A stretch of 64,000 nucleotides of DNA from Iphione sp. A-MEVVRFRX5 (Eukaryota), in assembly GCA_976226885.1 (NCBI GenBank), contig OZ320321.1:64728001-64792000 (forward strand), read 5' to 3'. The position numbers and the translations under genes are program-made. Of the stretch, positions 36,025 through 49,800 are shown piece by piece; positions within the stretch are counted from its first letter, which is position 1, and each line of letters opens with the position of its first letter. The notes beneath the pieces are model-generated. The model searched no databases and was not told where the DNA came from. It was given only the letters and a program-made list of their open reading frames with translations.

Positions 36025-38189
36025 AAATTCAGTAAAGTTCAAAGTTTCTTTCAAGAGAGAAATTTACAGACAGGCATGACGATATGATATGTAGATGGTG
36101 TGGGACTCACTACCCCATCATCTGAAAGTGAGGCCATTACCTAAGGACGAAATAAATAAATAAACAATAAAAATACTTTCTTGTCAAAGATAAACAAGGA
36201 AAATTGGAGGGTACTCGAATAGATCAATCATAAGACTCTATAACACTTACTCGGACTACGAAATGACCATCCCTTCCCTGCCAATCATCCCTGAATATAT
36301 AGACCAAAGGGTTCAGTGCAGTAGAAATTAGAACTTACCCATTAAATTGTGTATCAAACGTTGTATACTTTTGGATAGGACCTGCACACAATGAACTAGT
36401 TACTTTCTAGAACTTTATAAATATATGAAATACATGGATATAACATATTATCTGTAATTATTGGTGTATATATCTATCAATGTGCATAAAAGTGAACTAC
36501 TGTGGCCTACATCATGATCACACACGTTATTGTCATACTGGATGTATGAACAAGATATGTGATGTTTATGAGAAACACTAGATGATATTATGGATTGCCC
36601 CCTCCCCTGGTGTCCATCATAAGAACTACACACATCACCAGACCAAACGAAGAGGTCGATTTGAATTGGTTTGATGGGAGGTGAGGCAATTACTTTATTA
36701 TTTTATCTATTCATTTTCACAAGGGGTTAAATATTGAAATTGAAACTGAAATCATATCTGTGAGAGAATATACATGTATTGAATTAATGAATGACATAAA
36801 TATTGACTGGTCTGATGCTATAAAGTATGATTAACAATTTAATGATAACGGATCAGATAGCATATGTGACATAAAAATATAGTGCATTTGATATGATTAA
36901 GTATTTATATGCATGATGATGGGAATTGTGAATAAAAAATTATGTAATTGCTGGAGAAAGTTTGAAATTGTGCCTGACTTTGCAGATATGTTTTTACATC
37001 ATGTGCATGTATGTAAGGATATCTCATAAATAAAAAAATAACTTTAGAATGAAAGTGTTAACTCTGAAATGTAGCGGAAGAGTAATGCTTTAAATTGACA
37101 TACAACATGAATTGCTCAGACTAGACTGAGTACATCCATCATATGGGTGATTTGGGTATGTCCACTAACTTCAAACAGTAGATTTTCTATTGAGCTGTGC
37201 ATAGAAGATCCACAACGCCACCTGAATGTCATGTTTTAACAGAAACCTAATATATGAGTATCTTTTACCATAAGAACATTTGGAACATTTCTCTTTTGAA
37301 AAAAAATGAAGCATGCATATGGATATTTGAAGAAATTGTACCAGAACATGCAATTTGTTTGCATAAGCATCAACGGCATAAATACCGCTTTCAATCAAGG
37401 TGAAGGTCTTCAAGGAAATGTATCAAATGTCATTTCATGGAAATGAGCATGGAATCAAATAAAGAGACCTTCAGAGTACTGTGGTACATGGTTAACATAA
37501 TTTAAAAAGGGAACACTGAATCATTTGTGTCTATATTTATCAATCCATATGTACCACGCGTGAGTCGGCGGCGCGCTGCAGTCCCGATCCATTCTTCCTC
37601 TACATTGTAGTTGCTCCAACAGCGCCAATCCGTTGTAATATAAGTTAGATAAGGGTGAAGGACATTATATTTCTTATTAATTTGGGGGGAAATATATACT
37701 CATACCGTATACCTATATTTGCCAAGGTATGATGTGCCTATTGGCATTGCGTCATTGGTCCGGGGTGGTAAGGACAAGAACAGCATCTTCAGACCACCGC
37801 GGGCTGCAGTTCGTGGGTGTATCTCATTTCTCCCATTACAGAATAATTGTTTGTGTATATGGAGGTGATATGTGCGTATGAAAATACCATCATCAGTCAC
37901 TTGTGCATGATGTTACATAATAAATACCTTCATAATTACGGTTTGGAGGACGCATAGGACTGCAAGGTAAAACATACACACGTACATTTCCTGTTAAAGT
38001 TTGTGGCACGGTGAGAGAGTGCTTCCCAGGGTCTGCTATGAATCTCAGTATGAATTCAATGAAGGGGTAAGATGAGAAACAGGGTTTGTAGGGTCACCAT
38101 ATTGCTGTGTTCGGAGAAAGGGTCACTTACAATTCTGGAGCCAGGCCAAGCTTTGCTATATTGTAGAAGGGATGAGATATGTGTGGACA

Positions 38190-38555
38190 GTGGTGTAATA
38201 TTAGTGGACATTGGTGTGGTGCTAATGGACAATGATGTGATATTAGTGGACAATAGTGTGATACTAGAGGAAAATGGTGTGATATTAGAGGAAATTACTG
38301 TGATATTAGTGGACAATGGTGCGATATTAGTGGACAATGATGTGATATTGGCATACAGTGATGTGATATTAGTGGACAATGGTGTGAAGGTAGAGGACAA
38401 TAGTGAGATACTAGTGGAAAATGGTGTGACATTAGTAGAAGATGCTGTGATATTAGCAGATAATATTGTGATATTAGTAGACAATGGTGTGATATTAGTG
38501 GACAATGGTGTGATATTAGTGGGCAAGATGTGATACTAGTAGATAATGGTGTGAA
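38190..38555. repeat. 21-bp minisatellite (gtgatattagtggacaatggt), ~17 copies
   Basis: Direct inspection; the 7-residue periodic ORFs here are a by-product. Confidence 0.95.
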
Positions 38556-38704
38556 TACATCTGTTGCAAGAGCAGTGCAACTAAGGCTTTGGGTACCCCG
38601 ATAGGATGCCATTAGAATATAGAAAGAAATCCTTGAAGCCTATGGCTTTTCTTTGACCTAAGTCACAGTTCAAACCTTAGATTCATTGATGTAGGCTGAC
38701 ATAC

Positions 38705-38925
38705 AGAGTGCTGGATTATGAAAAGCCTTGATAGTAAATAGAGCATCGGTCTGTTCCCTTTGTTGAACCTGTCGAACTTTGGCAGTATTGTCTCTGCTCT
38801 TCTAAAAGCAATAAATCGCATGATCCTAAAGCCTGTGTCGAGCAGGCTCCCGTGATTTAGTTTGCTAAACAGGGACCTCGAGAGCTCGTAATATCCCTTC
38901 GCTACATTAACTGGCAGAGGTACTG
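38705..38925 (-). CDS. Possible isolated coding exon, product unknown
   Basis: Only one of three minus frames is open (AVPLPVNVAKGYYELSRSLFSKLNHGSLLDTGFRIMRFIAFRRAETILPKFDRFNKG...), bounded by ttttgcaag| and tct|GTATGT. No family recognised. Confidence 0.2.
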
Positions 38926-39419
38926 CTTGCAAAATACATAACCCTTATCCATTATAGAAAAACCATTCTATGTAATGTATAATCCTTATCAGTAATATGA
39001 AATAGCTGTATGGAGTGTGTAATCTTTATCCTTTTGACCTTATCCCTTTCTTTCATCAGCTATGGTCAGTTTCAAAGAGAACCGGCTAATAGTATGGGGT
39101 TGAGGTTCGAGCCCTGTGGGACCAGTACCAACTCTCGGCTGGCAGGAATCGGCCCATGCCACTGCGTGCTTGCCATTAACCCAGTCGTGACTTATAGATG
39201 AGGCAGGGGCGTTTTGATGGTCGGAAAGCGATGTTTCTTTCCATGATTTACAGATAGCAGCACCATATGATACACTAACCAAGGATCTAGAAAGATCACG
39301 ACGGCTCCTCAGGAACGTTTAGTATGTATATACGGGGGAGGAAATATAAGAAGCTAGTAACGAAAGTAGAAGTCAGAGGAAGGACGAGAGAATCAAGATA
39401 GAAAGAAGGCATTATTTAT

Positions 39420-39510
39420 GTGGGCAGGAGAGAGTGGATGTGGAGAGTAGGACAGAGAGAATAAGATTCAGAGAAGAAGAGAGATGGATAATGGATAAGT
39501 AGGGCAGACA

Positions 39511-39556
<46 letters not shown>

Positions 39557-39960
39557 AGAGGGACGGAGAGGAAGAGGGAAAGAGAGAAAGAGGGAGACAG
39601 AGAGGGAGGAAAAGGGAGCGAGAGGGAGTGGGGGAGTGAGAGAGGGATAGGTAGGGAGAAGGAGGGAGGGGAAGAGAGTTGAGAGAGAGGGAGAGAGACT
39701 GGCGGAGAGAGGACGACAGAGACTGAGAGAGATTGACAAAGAGAGGGGGAGAGGGAAAGAGAGGAGAGGGAAAAAGGGGAGAGGGAACAGGGCAAGAGGG
39801 AGAGAGGGAGACAGGGATAGAGACAAACGTGCAGACTGACACATCAGCGCATAGAGATGGAAATGACGAAATGATTATAAAAAAAGAACAGCGACACCAA
39901 CATACAGACAGACAGACAGAAGGACAGAAATAGAGACCAAGAGATATCTCGGGAAGAGAG
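39420..39960. repeat. (GA)n microsatellite and purine-rich tract
   Basis: Direct inspection. Confidence 0.95.
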
Positions 39961-40640
39961 GGACATGGGTAGAAATAAGGAGGCAGCAGCATTTATTTTT
40001 CAAATAGAAAACAGGACTGACTGACTTATAAGATGTACACAGAAGTTTACAGATTACCCTAACTATATCTTAACATGGGAGACTGCTATACAACTACAGT
40101 AGAACATTGTTAACCTCTCTACAACTACAAAAAAACTTGATAAACTCTCTACAACTACAGTAGAAACTCATTAATCTCGTAACAACTACAGTACAACCTC
40201 ACTACCCTCTGAACCACTATACTAGAGCGTCCCTAACCTCTCTACAACTACAGCATAACCTTACTATTGCAACACTACTTAGTACCAAGCGGTCATTCCT
40301 GCAAGAGGGTACTGGAGGAGCGAAGGATTTTTACATTGCTTTGTCTCGTTCTGTACAAGAAAATTTCTTGTAAAAGTGAGAGTACTGGAATAGCAAGGTG
40401 TTCGTATAGCAAAGTTGGCCGCATATTCACAATCTTATACCTTTTATTCTACACAAAAGCTGCTATCGGCTACAGGGGAGGCTCTGTTCACGACCACCTC
40501 TCTATAGCGGCCACACCATGTGAAAAACCAGGACAAAACGGGGTACAAATTTAATAAGGCAAAGGAGCCTCTTTGCAAAGTTCACTATAGGCTGTATTCT
40601 TCTCTGTTTTAAAATGGCTCTGCAGCGTATTCGTCACCTA

Positions 40641-40820
40641 CAGTAGAAAGCCTCTAAAGTGGGGCACCCTTGGTTCTTTCTCAAACTGTCCCTAGTTCAG
40701 ATATGTCACCATTGGAGATTGCTTTTTGATAAAGGGAAAGTATAGTCTGTTAGTCTGAAAGTTGTCCGTACTAGAGGCATGTCCCTATTGGAGACGTGCG
40801 CCTGAGGTAGCTTTCTAATG
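40641..40820. mobile_element. CAGT...-type Tc1/mariner MITE
   Basis: TA|CAGTAGAAAGC ... GCTTTCTAATG|TG (one TIR mismatch); 180 bp, the same length as 3100-3279. Confidence 0.65.
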
Positions 40821-43568
40821 TGTAAATGACTGGAGCATATCAAGACCTAAGAGCATATCAAGACCTATCAAGAATTTTAACTCTGATTTGGAGTTCTCAC
40901 ACTCCTGTCGTGATAATCGGTGCACTGCCCCTAGAAATGGTTGTTCTCCGCTAGTTTTGAATTCTTGGACCATTTAAGGTTAGAGATTTATAAGATAATG
41001 TGTCATTTGTTTAACAAAAATCAAAATGGTGGTTCCTTAGCAACTCGGATTCATAAGTTTGGAAGGATAATTCGATTAACATACAGACAGAAATGATTCA
41101 TTAATGCTACATAAATATAGGAAAATAGTAATAAACATAATTTGGGCATCTTATACATACAAATCTTTTCCAAAATTCATTATAGCATCTATATGTTTTC
41201 GTGTCAACAAAAATAAGAGCTCAAAACTAAACTGGTGCCCTTTCCTCAGTTTTATTTGAATAATTATACATAGTCAGAGAGTGGATACCAGTCTAACTCT
41301 TGCACCAACATGAATTGGGGAGAGGATTTTTTTGGCCAATGAAATTCAAGGTATGATAAGTAAACATCCAAAATGGCAGAGGAAGACAGCTTTTTCATTT
41401 AAAACCGAAAAGGATGCAGCTTAAATTGGTAAAATTTCTTCATATTTCATCCATTTCATTAAATTATCATTGTCAAAACAGTGTTGAAGTTTAGACTCCA
41501 CACTTTTTGTTTTTGAGTCTAGACTTAAACCCTTTGGTGAAAACCAATTTTTTTTATGACCAATTATCATCATGTGAAGATCAGGCCATTTCAGTTCCAA
41601 GAATCTTTTTATAGTAACCTGTCGTTGTAACAAGTATTCTTCAGGTGATATTTTAAGTCGGCGGTGAACATCACATAGTCACATGGTTACATGTCATTCC
41701 TCCATGCATGATACAGTACAATCACACAAACATACACAGAAACCCCACTGGTGCAAATAGCCGGAAGTGTACACAAAATACAAACACAAAATAGTACTTA
41801 GACACTGGACATGACCAGACATGAGTGACAAACGCATACACTGACATGTTTCGCTTTTGCTGACTTATAATATTGATGTACGTGGTATGTACTAAACATG
41901 AATAGTAAAAAAAACACATATTAATGTATGTGATATGTACTATGCATGAATTACAAACACACTCACCAGATAGCAGACTTGACCTGTTCTATACATTCAC
42001 TGACAAATTTGGAATGCACTATGCATAAATTACAAGCATACCTGTTTGTTGAAGGCATATGCTATGAAGCATGCATAAACAAACACAAAGACACACACTG
42101 ACACGCAGAGCAATTACTATACATGAATTATAAATACACCTACTGGCACACATTATATGTACTAGATATTAATTACAAAAAGACGCAGACACACTTACAC
42201 AAATAGCATTTACTATGCATCAATTACAAAACCTTGATGATACTTACATAGGTTGAATATATTCTGAATACATATAGTTTTGCAATTTATTCATGTGAGA
42301 GACTTAGAGACGGACTTAGAACAGAACCTCTATTATGGTGGCTACTGAAGCTTTGGCAATGCAGCATAATATTTGACCTTGGGCACCAAGTAAAAAAAGT
42401 ATTATAAACTTCTGTGCATGATGCAAGTTGTATTCTGACAGCTCCTTCCTTCTTGAAGGCTGAGGGAGCAGGGCTCTTGCATCAATACTGAAATGTTAGA
42501 ATATGTTATTCATACTTTAAAAACAGACGAACCTATTAACATAGATTTTAAGGAGGAAATGTACGCATGGAATGGGACGCTTAATTATACGTCGTCTGCT
42601 TTCCTACTTGTTTTGCGTATACTGAACCATAAAGTTAGGAGAGAAGTAATTTCATTGGCTTTTGCCTATCAAGTGACTGACTATTGGATTCGTTGATTTT
42701 TGCATTGTAAATTTGATCTTTCTGTTTCATTGTGAAAGGTACACCGAACTATCATCGTGTGGTCGGAATTTAATACTCTGTGGCTCACATGATTATTCTA
42801 TTATGAAGTATTAATTGTAAACTTTTGAGCCCAGCTGTCATCTCGGAGAGTATTATTTCAGTTTACACATGTAACATATAGCCAGGTAACCTAAGGGGAT
42901 GGTTTAAATGTCAATTAACAGATTTGCAGGGGTTACCGTGCAGATTCCTCTCTTCTTCCAGGCCCGTAGGCAGGAATGTTTGTCGGGTATCTGGTTTTTG
43001 AGATATCACGATTGCAACAAACAAGGATGAAGACAGAGCTGTCTGAAACAGATTCTAGGAGCACGTTTTGGGATATCTCAGTGAAAATTGTAACACAGTA
43101 ATTGTAATGGCAATGCTAAAAGGCTGAAAAACCTGCCGAATGTAATATAGGATAACATTAGAAAATGGCAAAGGAAACTGTGTATGTATAGTGAAAAGTT
43201 ATAAGGATGAAGTTTAAGCCTTAGAGTGGAGTAAAAGTGCCCATTCCAAAATTTTTCCGGTAATTGTCTCTACACAGTTAGTGTATGTGACGATGCTCTT
43301 CTGCGTGTGTGGTATTACATTATTTGTGTAACTCCTATCTTATATGTACCCAATAATGAATGCGTGCTAGATTTTAAGTCTAAACGACATTGTTTCAGAA
43401 TAGTTATCTACTAGCTCTTGTCTCGCTGACACCTGATGAATTGCACAATGAGTTTCAAATATTTTGATAAACGTGTTTACGTCAAAGAGGACAGGGGTAC
43501 ACATGACTAGAAAGAAAAGGTGATACAGGACAGGAGGAAAATAATGAGAAAAAATGCTCAAAGGGAAC

Positions 43569-43960
43569 GGAGGAGAAATGATGATGATTATAATAAAAAT
43601 GATAAAATATTAATTTTTATTCCTACCAATCATCCTGTTGGGACGTTTCGAATAGCTTGGAATACATTCCATAATAGTTTCCTGAAATCATTTTTTTCAT
43701 TTATATTCCTACATATGGGATCAAAGGAGTTGCACGTGTCAGTGTTGGTTGTTTCTCTGGCGAATGGAGGAGAAATGATGATGATAATAATAAAAATGAT
43801 AAAATATTAATTTTTATTCCTACCAATCATCCTGTTGGGACGTTTCAAATAGCTTGGAATACATTCCATAATAGTTTCCTGAAATCATTTTTTTCGTTTA
43901 TATTCCTACATATGGGATCAAAGGAGTTGCACATGTCAGTGTTGGTCGTTTCTCTGGCGA
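43569..43960. repeat. 197-bp tandem duplication
   Basis: Units start at 43569 and 43766, with only a few substitutions. Confidence 0.95.
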
Positions 43961-44049
43961 TTGGTAAGTGAATACTGGCCATAAGTGACACCGGCCATTC
44001 TGACTGGCACCCGGTGAATACTGAGGCCATCGCCTTGTCTGCTGAACTA

Positions 44050-45260
44050 GTGGTGATAAGTATCTAGTTGCCTTCGTCTGAATGTGTTGAATTTTAGTTT
44101 AGTTTTGCATTGAATTTTAGTTGCTTTGTGTTTGGGGGATCTTGGCTTCGCTTGTGTAGTCTATGTATTCGTATTAGAGTTCTATTCTGAGTTTGCTTTG
44201 GTGTTTGTATTTTCTTTCTGGTGTTAGTAGTTAAGGACACAGTCAAGTAATCAATATGTGGCAAAATAACTGATTCGTATAATGTTAAAAGTTCTTGATA
44301 TGTTAATTTATTTTCAAGAAGAGGTTCAGCTCTCACAAACATGACATTACATACAAACTTACAACAACTGTATCTGCACACCTAAGCAGGTGCCCTCCCA
44401 AGCATCCACTAGGCTGGGAAGGAGTCGATGTCTCCGTCCTGGAATTTTTCCATATGGCTCTGACTGCTGACAATCGGTTAGCACGAGAAAAGTTGGAACG
44501 GAGATGGATTCACAGACTACACACTGTGATCCCAGATAGCTTGAACAGTCTAGACTAAACCACCAGTACTGCCAGTCTCCCCCTCCACCGTTCACCATTA
44601 TTTTCAATGTTAGAAATCATACCTAGTTTTGAAACAATTTCATTCATCGCCCCACTGCACTCTAAATAGAACTTTAATTTGTAATCTGTTCTGACACGTA
44701 AATATCAAAACGTATTCGGTTACACTAGGTCCTATTTTGCTAACTTCATTACTATGATTAGGAGTTCTATATGGAATATTGTTTTTCCTTTTTGTTCTAA
44801 TCATATTAGTATTAGTCTCCTCAACATCCATTGTTTCTTCTCATAATCTCCAATATTTGTTCGATTCACCTTTGTAACTCTTGAGCTTCTCATTCTATTA
44901 TATTTTCTTGTCAAACTAAACTTTACTGTTAAATAATTTGCTGTAATACATGGCAATCCTGATGGTGTCAATGACTTTTCGCTTCACAGCTATTTTCAGT
45001 CTTATACCAGCGAGCAGTTCTCTGGTCATCCATAGAGACTTATTAATCCCTGGTACAGTTTTTTATGAGTTTTGGAGAAACTGTGTTAAACTCCGCTAAT
45101 ATATCCATATAAAAAAATTTCCATGCATTATTAATATTGTGTCATTATAAAAGATTCTCCAATTTTTAATTCTGATTTAATCCCTAAATTCCTCCTTGAT
45201 ACTTGGATTGTACTTCCTATGTAATATAAATATTGTCATAATATCTAAGTACCATTAGGA
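44050..45260 (-). mobile_element. Degenerate CR1/L2-type LINE remnant (linker and C-terminal parts), interrupted
   Basis: SLWMTRELLAGIR (PW-T linker motif, about 45040) and LYESVILPHIDY...QNRTLIRI (about 44270-44190). The RT core is absent. Confidence 0.7.
44403..44558 (+). mobile_element. Penelope-like element 3' terminus (end of the GIY-YIG domain)
   Basis: HPLGWEGVDVSVLEFF...AREKLERRWIHRLHTVIPDSLNSLD* matches the PLE C-terminal RE..WI..L.T..P.GLN motif. Confidence 0.8.
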
Positions 45261-45280
45261 TGAAACAGAATATTGTAGTT

Positions 45281-45630
45281 GGGAAGTTAGCTCAGTGGTA
45301 GAGCACTGGTCCACTGATTGAGAGGTTGCAGGTTCAATCCCGGCCTTGGGACTCTTGATCACGACCAGACAGATTTACTGTAGCCCCAACCCAGAGTGGT
45401 CCACAACTCGTTAAAAGGCCGTGGATGTTTAGGATTCTGTCCCCTATGCACAAAAAGACCCCAAAAGCTTATTCGAAATAAAAGTAGGGGGCAACCCCGG
45501 ATATTCTGGTCTCTCAATTCTCAACAATAGATGGTAGTATGTTACCCCAGAAGGATATGGAAGAGCTTTGTCATGTGATAGAGAATATCTAGTTCCTGGT
45601 TAAAGATACAATGAAATGAAATGAAAAAAA
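45281..45630 (+). mobile_element. Full-length (350 bp) tRNA-derived SINE with Meta-like central domain
   Basis: A box TAGCTCAGTGG (45288), B box GGTTCAATCCC (45331); core tgcacaaaaagaccc...ttcgaaataaaagtagg resembles the MetaSINE domain; (AAATG)n-A tail; three partial copies elsewhere in the window. Confidence 0.85.
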
Positions 45631-46387
45631 TTAATAATGTTTCTGGAGTGTAGTTTGGTTACAATGGACAATGAAGGTAAGGGATTTTCAACAATAAAAC
45701 GTCAAAATAGCTCAATAATTTAGTTGTTTGACTTTAGATTAGAGATAGGGGGTTAAAATCCTACAGTGGGACATGTAAAACTTAAGTTTTATCATAGTGT
45801 CAAGAAAGTTTTTTTTTACAAATGTTTCACTGCAATATTGTAGACATTTTTTTTTCTGAGTTTAGAAGTATTTTTGTCTTTGTTGTATAAAATATATGTC
45901 TAAGATATGTTCCCTGCTATGTATATCTCTCATTGCATATCAAGAATCTCCAATGCGTTTTTTATGGCAGAAATAAAATAATTAATTGGACCAATTGGTG
46001 GGCTGTAAATACCAATAAAAATATGTTTCTTCCTATTCACAAGTGCTAGACCCTATAGTTTGATACCTGTAGACATAAATTGTAATATATTATAGTCTAA
46101 CTCTATTAATCTATGATAACCCTTGGTCTTATCAACAGTGAAGGCATGTCACCCACTATAGCAATTGCCCCTTGTTATTTTTAACCTAGGATAGCCCTGA
46201 GTCTAATCTATGGTTATAGGAATGTCACCTGTAATAACAATAGCTCCACATTATTCTTAACCTATGATACCCCTGGGTCTTATCTACAGTGAAAACATGT
46301 TGCCTGTAACAGCAATAGCTGCATGTTATTTTGTAGAGTAGAAGCTCGATATATGAGAGTTTATTTTAGAGACCAGATATTTAACTG

Positions 46388-46860
46388 TCATACCTTAGTC
46401 CCATGCCAATGTTGTTCAAACCAAGTGTGCCATAGACATATTTCATATCTTTTGTTCAATAGATCAGATCCCTTCAACAATTCATAGTGACATGTCCTGC
46501 TAAGGATAACTGCCGATGGTTCTCGTACCCACAATACGGAACACGCCTGATAAGCAGTTATGCTTTCTGTTACAACCCAGCACTTGATGCCTAACTTTGC
46601 AGGCTTCTTTTTGCATGTACTGTTTGAATCCAAGATGATCTTAATTAAAAACAACAGCTGAAAATCAATCCGCCTTGTGGTGTTGAGTGTGTCCACCATT
46701 TTACAAGGTGTCCTTTATGTTTAATCCTTGCTTCATCAACTCTAAGCGCATTTGTGCGGTTATAGAATTTCTTGGTGCAATCATTGAAAAATGAAAACAA
46801 CCAGTTCACTTCTTTGTGTCAGATGTGGTCTGTCTTTGCTTCCCGTAGCTTTTTTGTTGT
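46388..46860 (-). pseudogene. piggyBac (PGBD-type) transposase relic
   Basis: FNDCTKKFYNRTNALRVDEARIKHKG (cf. ...LSIDEAMIPFKGR), KKKPAKLGIKCWVVTESITAY (cf. KP.KWGIK.W.L.DS.TGY), ELLKGSDLLNKRY. Weaker N-terminal similarity may extend to about 47300. Confidence 0.8.
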
Positions 46861-49800
46861 CCGATGTACAGTATTTAGATGTCTGAAAGACTCAATAAAT
46901 ACATAAATCATCTAACATAAACATGAATATAAATTGTTACCTTCAAAAGAATAAATTTTACTGAGTAGACAGTCATTTTTATAGTCATAATCATAAATAT
47001 AAGATACCACATACCTCATGAACATAGTGAATCAGTCTCGGGTCAACAATCATTGGAAAGCAGCTGTTGATATGTACTCAAGAATACTCCAACAATCATG
47101 AAACCTTGGCTTGTGGATTACACCCATCAATATCTACAATCTGATAAAAATCTATAGATAATTCAGTAAAAGGTTTGTTCAGGTAGCTCTGTTGTAATGT
47201 TTGGTTCACTTGATTGAACTAGTCAGTAGTATTTATAGTAGACTGCTGATTAACATTGCTCAGATCTATCTGCATGTGAGGATTATCTTGGTTCCATCCA
47301 TGATTCTTTGTTATTGTTGAAACAATCTGTTAAATTCCTAAAGGCAGTGCCTATGTCATGAAAAGATTTACCAGATTGTACATTGTTTAGTGTACAATGC
47401 TTTTCATTTTGCACTGACTTTACACCTATTTGTTGCCCTTGAGTATCAGTCAGCCACATGCTGGATGTTGAACCCTTTTGCAGAATTCTTCCCCATTTTG
47501 ACTTGTAAAAACAGAACTATAGCTGTAGCCTTTATCCAGGTAGCCCTGTCACTAGATAGGTTGGGTTGCTTTCAAGTAAACTGTAAGCTGTCACTGAATT
47601 GGCCCATCGCCGTACTGTCACTTAGCCATCCCTACCCATCACAATGTGACAGTTATACTTTCACTACGGCCCATACAATGTTCAAAATTTGAAAAAAGGG
47701 TTCCAGTCACAGCATTAGTGTACTGTACTTTCTTACATACCCTGAATATAAATATAGGTACATCACCATGTTCTAAATGGATATATGTCCATGAATTTAT
47801 ACAACTACATAATGGCATGTGATGGTCAAAATTCTAATATGGTCACATGTGCGCAACAGTGTCACTCAAATATTGTCCATGAAGATTGGTAACATGGGTC
47901 ACATGAGAAAATAGCATAATATCATTGGCAATGGAATGCTTTGATTGACAGATATGATGATCGTAAAACATGCCATCTTGTCCTGAGGTGATGCATCAAT
48001 TTACCAAGATCACTTTCTGAATCCACTCAAACATGCTTTCAACTCAATTCCATTGTAATGAGAGCGATCATAGTAAATGATGTAAAAGACAGTGAAGGAA
48101 GGAGTACGTAGTGGGGGGGTGATAAGTAAATATGCAATAAGTGCAATAAGTAAATATGGAGTAGATGGAGAGGAGAACTAAATGAGAAGAGTGAAAAAGA
48201 GAGAAGAGGAAGAAAATTCAGGGAGAGTATGCATGTGTTAGAGAATTTGGAATATTGAATGGGTATGGGATTGCGTTCGAGGTTGGTAGAGACAGACATC
48301 CCTCTTAATGGATAGTTTCTGGTCAAACCTCTGTTATGTGTATTAGAGAAATTCCACTATTAATTATAAATGTGCGCTACGACATATTTTGTCCCTACCT
48401 ACCTTCGCTGGCCTGCAATTACTGGGAATTTGCAATATTGAATACCACGACTGTTTTACATATATACATGTATATATATACAGTGGCTGTCCAAGGTAAA
48501 AGTCATATTAAAACAACTGATTGAACTTCACCAACAGAACCTTTTTTTTACGAATAATCTCCCTGCCTCTTTACTGTCTTGTCAGTGCGTCTGTTTGTAT
48601 CACACGCGTAGGTTTCGCACTGATGAAAAGCACGTATACTTACTGCTGTACGGTTACTTTTCACTGCATGGACACATGTCCAATCATAAAACCGTCGCCC
48701 CAATGACAAAAAAGGTAATATTTGTTTCTAACCGGGAGGCATTTTCCTATCGTAATCGCACAGTTTCATAAACTCCATAAAACAGCGACCATGAGTCTTC
48801 TATAGTGAAAGGTTCCCAACACCCAGCGAATGCTTAAAAAAGAAAACCTTTATATCTGTGATATCAAACATGAAGTAGAGTATGTAAAGATGCGTTATGT
48901 AAAGCTTCTGTGTGGGTGAAATCTTTTTTTTTTTTTGTCTTTGAATGTAGTGAGTCGATTGCATTCTAATACCGTGTTGTTCCTGAACTATTACCAGAGC
49001 AATGAATGTAAAGACTTAACCTAAGCCGGAGAATCATTAACATCCGCATGATTCCCATCGTGCGGAAAGCTCACCACTCTTCATAATAGGCAGAAATCTG
49101 AAAAAAGACACACGTTTATCTCGCCCGGGAGGACACAACGACTAGCGCCATGCACCACCCGGTAGAGTCAGAGTTTCTCTTTTCATCTCTCTTTTTCCCA
49201 TCTCCCGCCCATTCTCATGGTCTTTTTTCCGTGGATCTCGCGCTATCTCGTGAGATCGCCTAACCTCACTTTGAGCAAATGTTCAGGAGGGGAATAGAAA
49301 GCTGCCCCCCCGCCTCCTCGCCGACTTTTATTATGCAGGAGGCTTTGGACGAAAGAGAAAGTGACAATATCAATGTATGTGAAGCTATGGACCTGGACTT
49401 TCGGGATGAAGAAGGATATATGATGTCAGCTTTGATTTACATACGTGTAAACATATATGTTCACACGTATGGAAATCGATATACATATGTGAAAATAATT
49501 TCCTCCATGCACTGTGCGAATGTCATCGACTGACTGCAGTTTTACATAAACAACATCAAAATAACGCTACAACAATGGGTGAAACAATTAGTGATGACCT
49601 ATTTTTCTTTTACAGATTTTCCAATGACAGTCCTTTATGTTGTATTGGTAAAGCATAAAATAATATGTCCTCGCTATCTGTGATGCTTATTCAAATGTGT
49701 GACTATATGTCTATAGTCATAAAATGTTTCTGTCACTACTTAACAGATGCACGCAAGTTATATAAAATATCATTTCGCAGTTTAGTCGGATTGCAAGGTC

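Noticed and set aside
38056-38612. Antifreeze- or mucin-like periodic ORFs on both strands
   Set aside because: By-product of a 21-bp minisatellite that is open in several frames; no signal peptide or splice context.
47480-47560. GYLDKGY / SQNGEEFC resembling integrase or DDE motifs
   Set aside because: Isolated short matches with stops on both sides and no other supporting motif.
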